Assembly (NCBI GenBank): GCA_963761305.1
Contig: CAVXGK010000002.1
Coordinates: forward strand, 768,001 to 832,000
Direction of reading: 5' to 3'
DNA length: 64,000 bases
Source: an uncultured Gemmatimonadaceae bacterium
GTDB lineage: Bacteria; Gemmatimonadota; Gemmatimonadetes; Gemmatimonadales; Gemmatimonadaceae
Below the pieces are notes generated by a model. The model was not told the DNA's origin. It was given only the letters and a program-made list of their open reading frames with translations, and did no database searches. Positions 63,256 through 64,000 of this stretch are shown in pieces. Both the position numbers and the translations under genes were made by a program. Every line of letters begins with the position of its first letter. The stretch's first letter is position 1.

Positions 63256-63809
63256 TACAATTTCGGCAGCGTGACGCCGACTTGGCTCTGGTACTTGCCG
63301 CCCTTGTCCTTGTAGGAGACTTCCGGCTCTTCTTCGCCACGGAAAAAGAGCACCTGCGCGATGCCTTCGTTGGCGTAGATCTTGGCGGGGAGGGGCGTCG
63401 TGTTGGAGATCTCCAGCGTCACGAAGCCTTCCCACTCCGGCTCGAAGGGCGTGACGTTGGTGATGATCCCACATCGCGCGTAGGTCGACTTCCCGACGGT
63501 CACCGTGAGGATGTTGCGCGGGATTCGGAAGTACTCGACCGACCTCGCCAGCGCGAACGAGTTGGGCGGCACGATGCACACGTCGCCCTCGAACTCGACG
63601 AACGACCTCGGGTCGAATGCCTTGGGGTCGACGATCGAGCTCAGGACGTTGGTGAAGATCCGGAACTCCCGCGCCACGCGCATGTCGTAGCCGTACGAGC
63701 TCACGCCGTACGAGATCACCCCTTTGCGCACCTGGCGCCCCTCGAAGGGCTCGATCATCCGGTGGTCCTGCGCCATCCGGGTGATCCAACGGTCTGACAT
63801 GATGGTCAT
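63255..63809 (-). CDS. dcd: dCTP deaminase
   Basis: [25 protein letters not shown] and ANEGIAQ motifs. Confidence 0.96.
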   Translation of the reverse strand: MTIMSDRWITRMAQDHRMIEPFEGRQVRKGVISYGVSSYGYDMRVAREFRIFTNVLSSIVDPKAFDPRSFVEFEGDVCIVPPNSFALARSVEYFRIPRNILTVTVGKSTYARCGIITNVTPFEPEWEGFVTLEISNTTPLPAKIYANEGIAQVLFFRGEEEPEVSYKDKGGKYQSQVGVTLPKL

Positions 63810-64000
63810 TTCGAGGGGGGGAGGTGTGAGGGGGCGGCGTGCGGTGAACGGCGAGGAGGGCGAGTGCGGTGAACGGCGCGCGGAAGTTTATTCGCGCGCG
63901 GTCGCCGCGCCAAGCACGTCGCGCCAACACGGATGTCGCGCCGTTGACCCACTCTCCAGCGTCGGATAACTTTCCGCGGCTGGACTTAGTGAAAGTTTTC

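Overview
High-GC bacterial chromosome segment, mostly housekeeping genes. The gene set and order suggest Gemmatimonadota, which is inference only. It contains aspS-phoH-ybeY and two CNNM/CorC genes, then a B12 acyl-CoA mutase locus (meaB, large subunit, B12-binding subunit, carboxyltransferase, split AtuA) interrupted by an AKR, a MASE1 kinase, a receiver protein and a methyltransferase. These are followed by a U32/RlhA-like protein, recQ, an acyl-CoA dehydrogenase, rne/rng, rplU-rpmA, an ECF sigma/anti-sigma/Spy module, tRNA-Leu(CAA), FHA-PrsW, icd and pepA. The rest is yicC-gmk-rpoZ-coaBC-udg-dnaB, radA-ispD-tsaC-ptp-aroE-comF-gap-pgk-tpiA-secG-carA-hup, moaDEA, mdh-sdhCAB and dcd. I found no integrase, transposase, CRISPR array or rRNA. 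The most unusual signals are: (1) a ~1 kb gene-free tract after the tRNA with a strict 21-bp phase; (2) a mutase with isobutyryl-CoA-mutase specificity residues clustered with AtuA; (3) several short-period repeat and inverted-repeat elements, one inside the uracil-DNA glycosylase ORF; (4) a degenerate FHA-PrsW fusion near a zinc anti-sigma; (5) a long structured rne/rng leader, several probably leaderless genes and two apparent frameshifts. All calls come from reading motifs by eye; no database searches were run.
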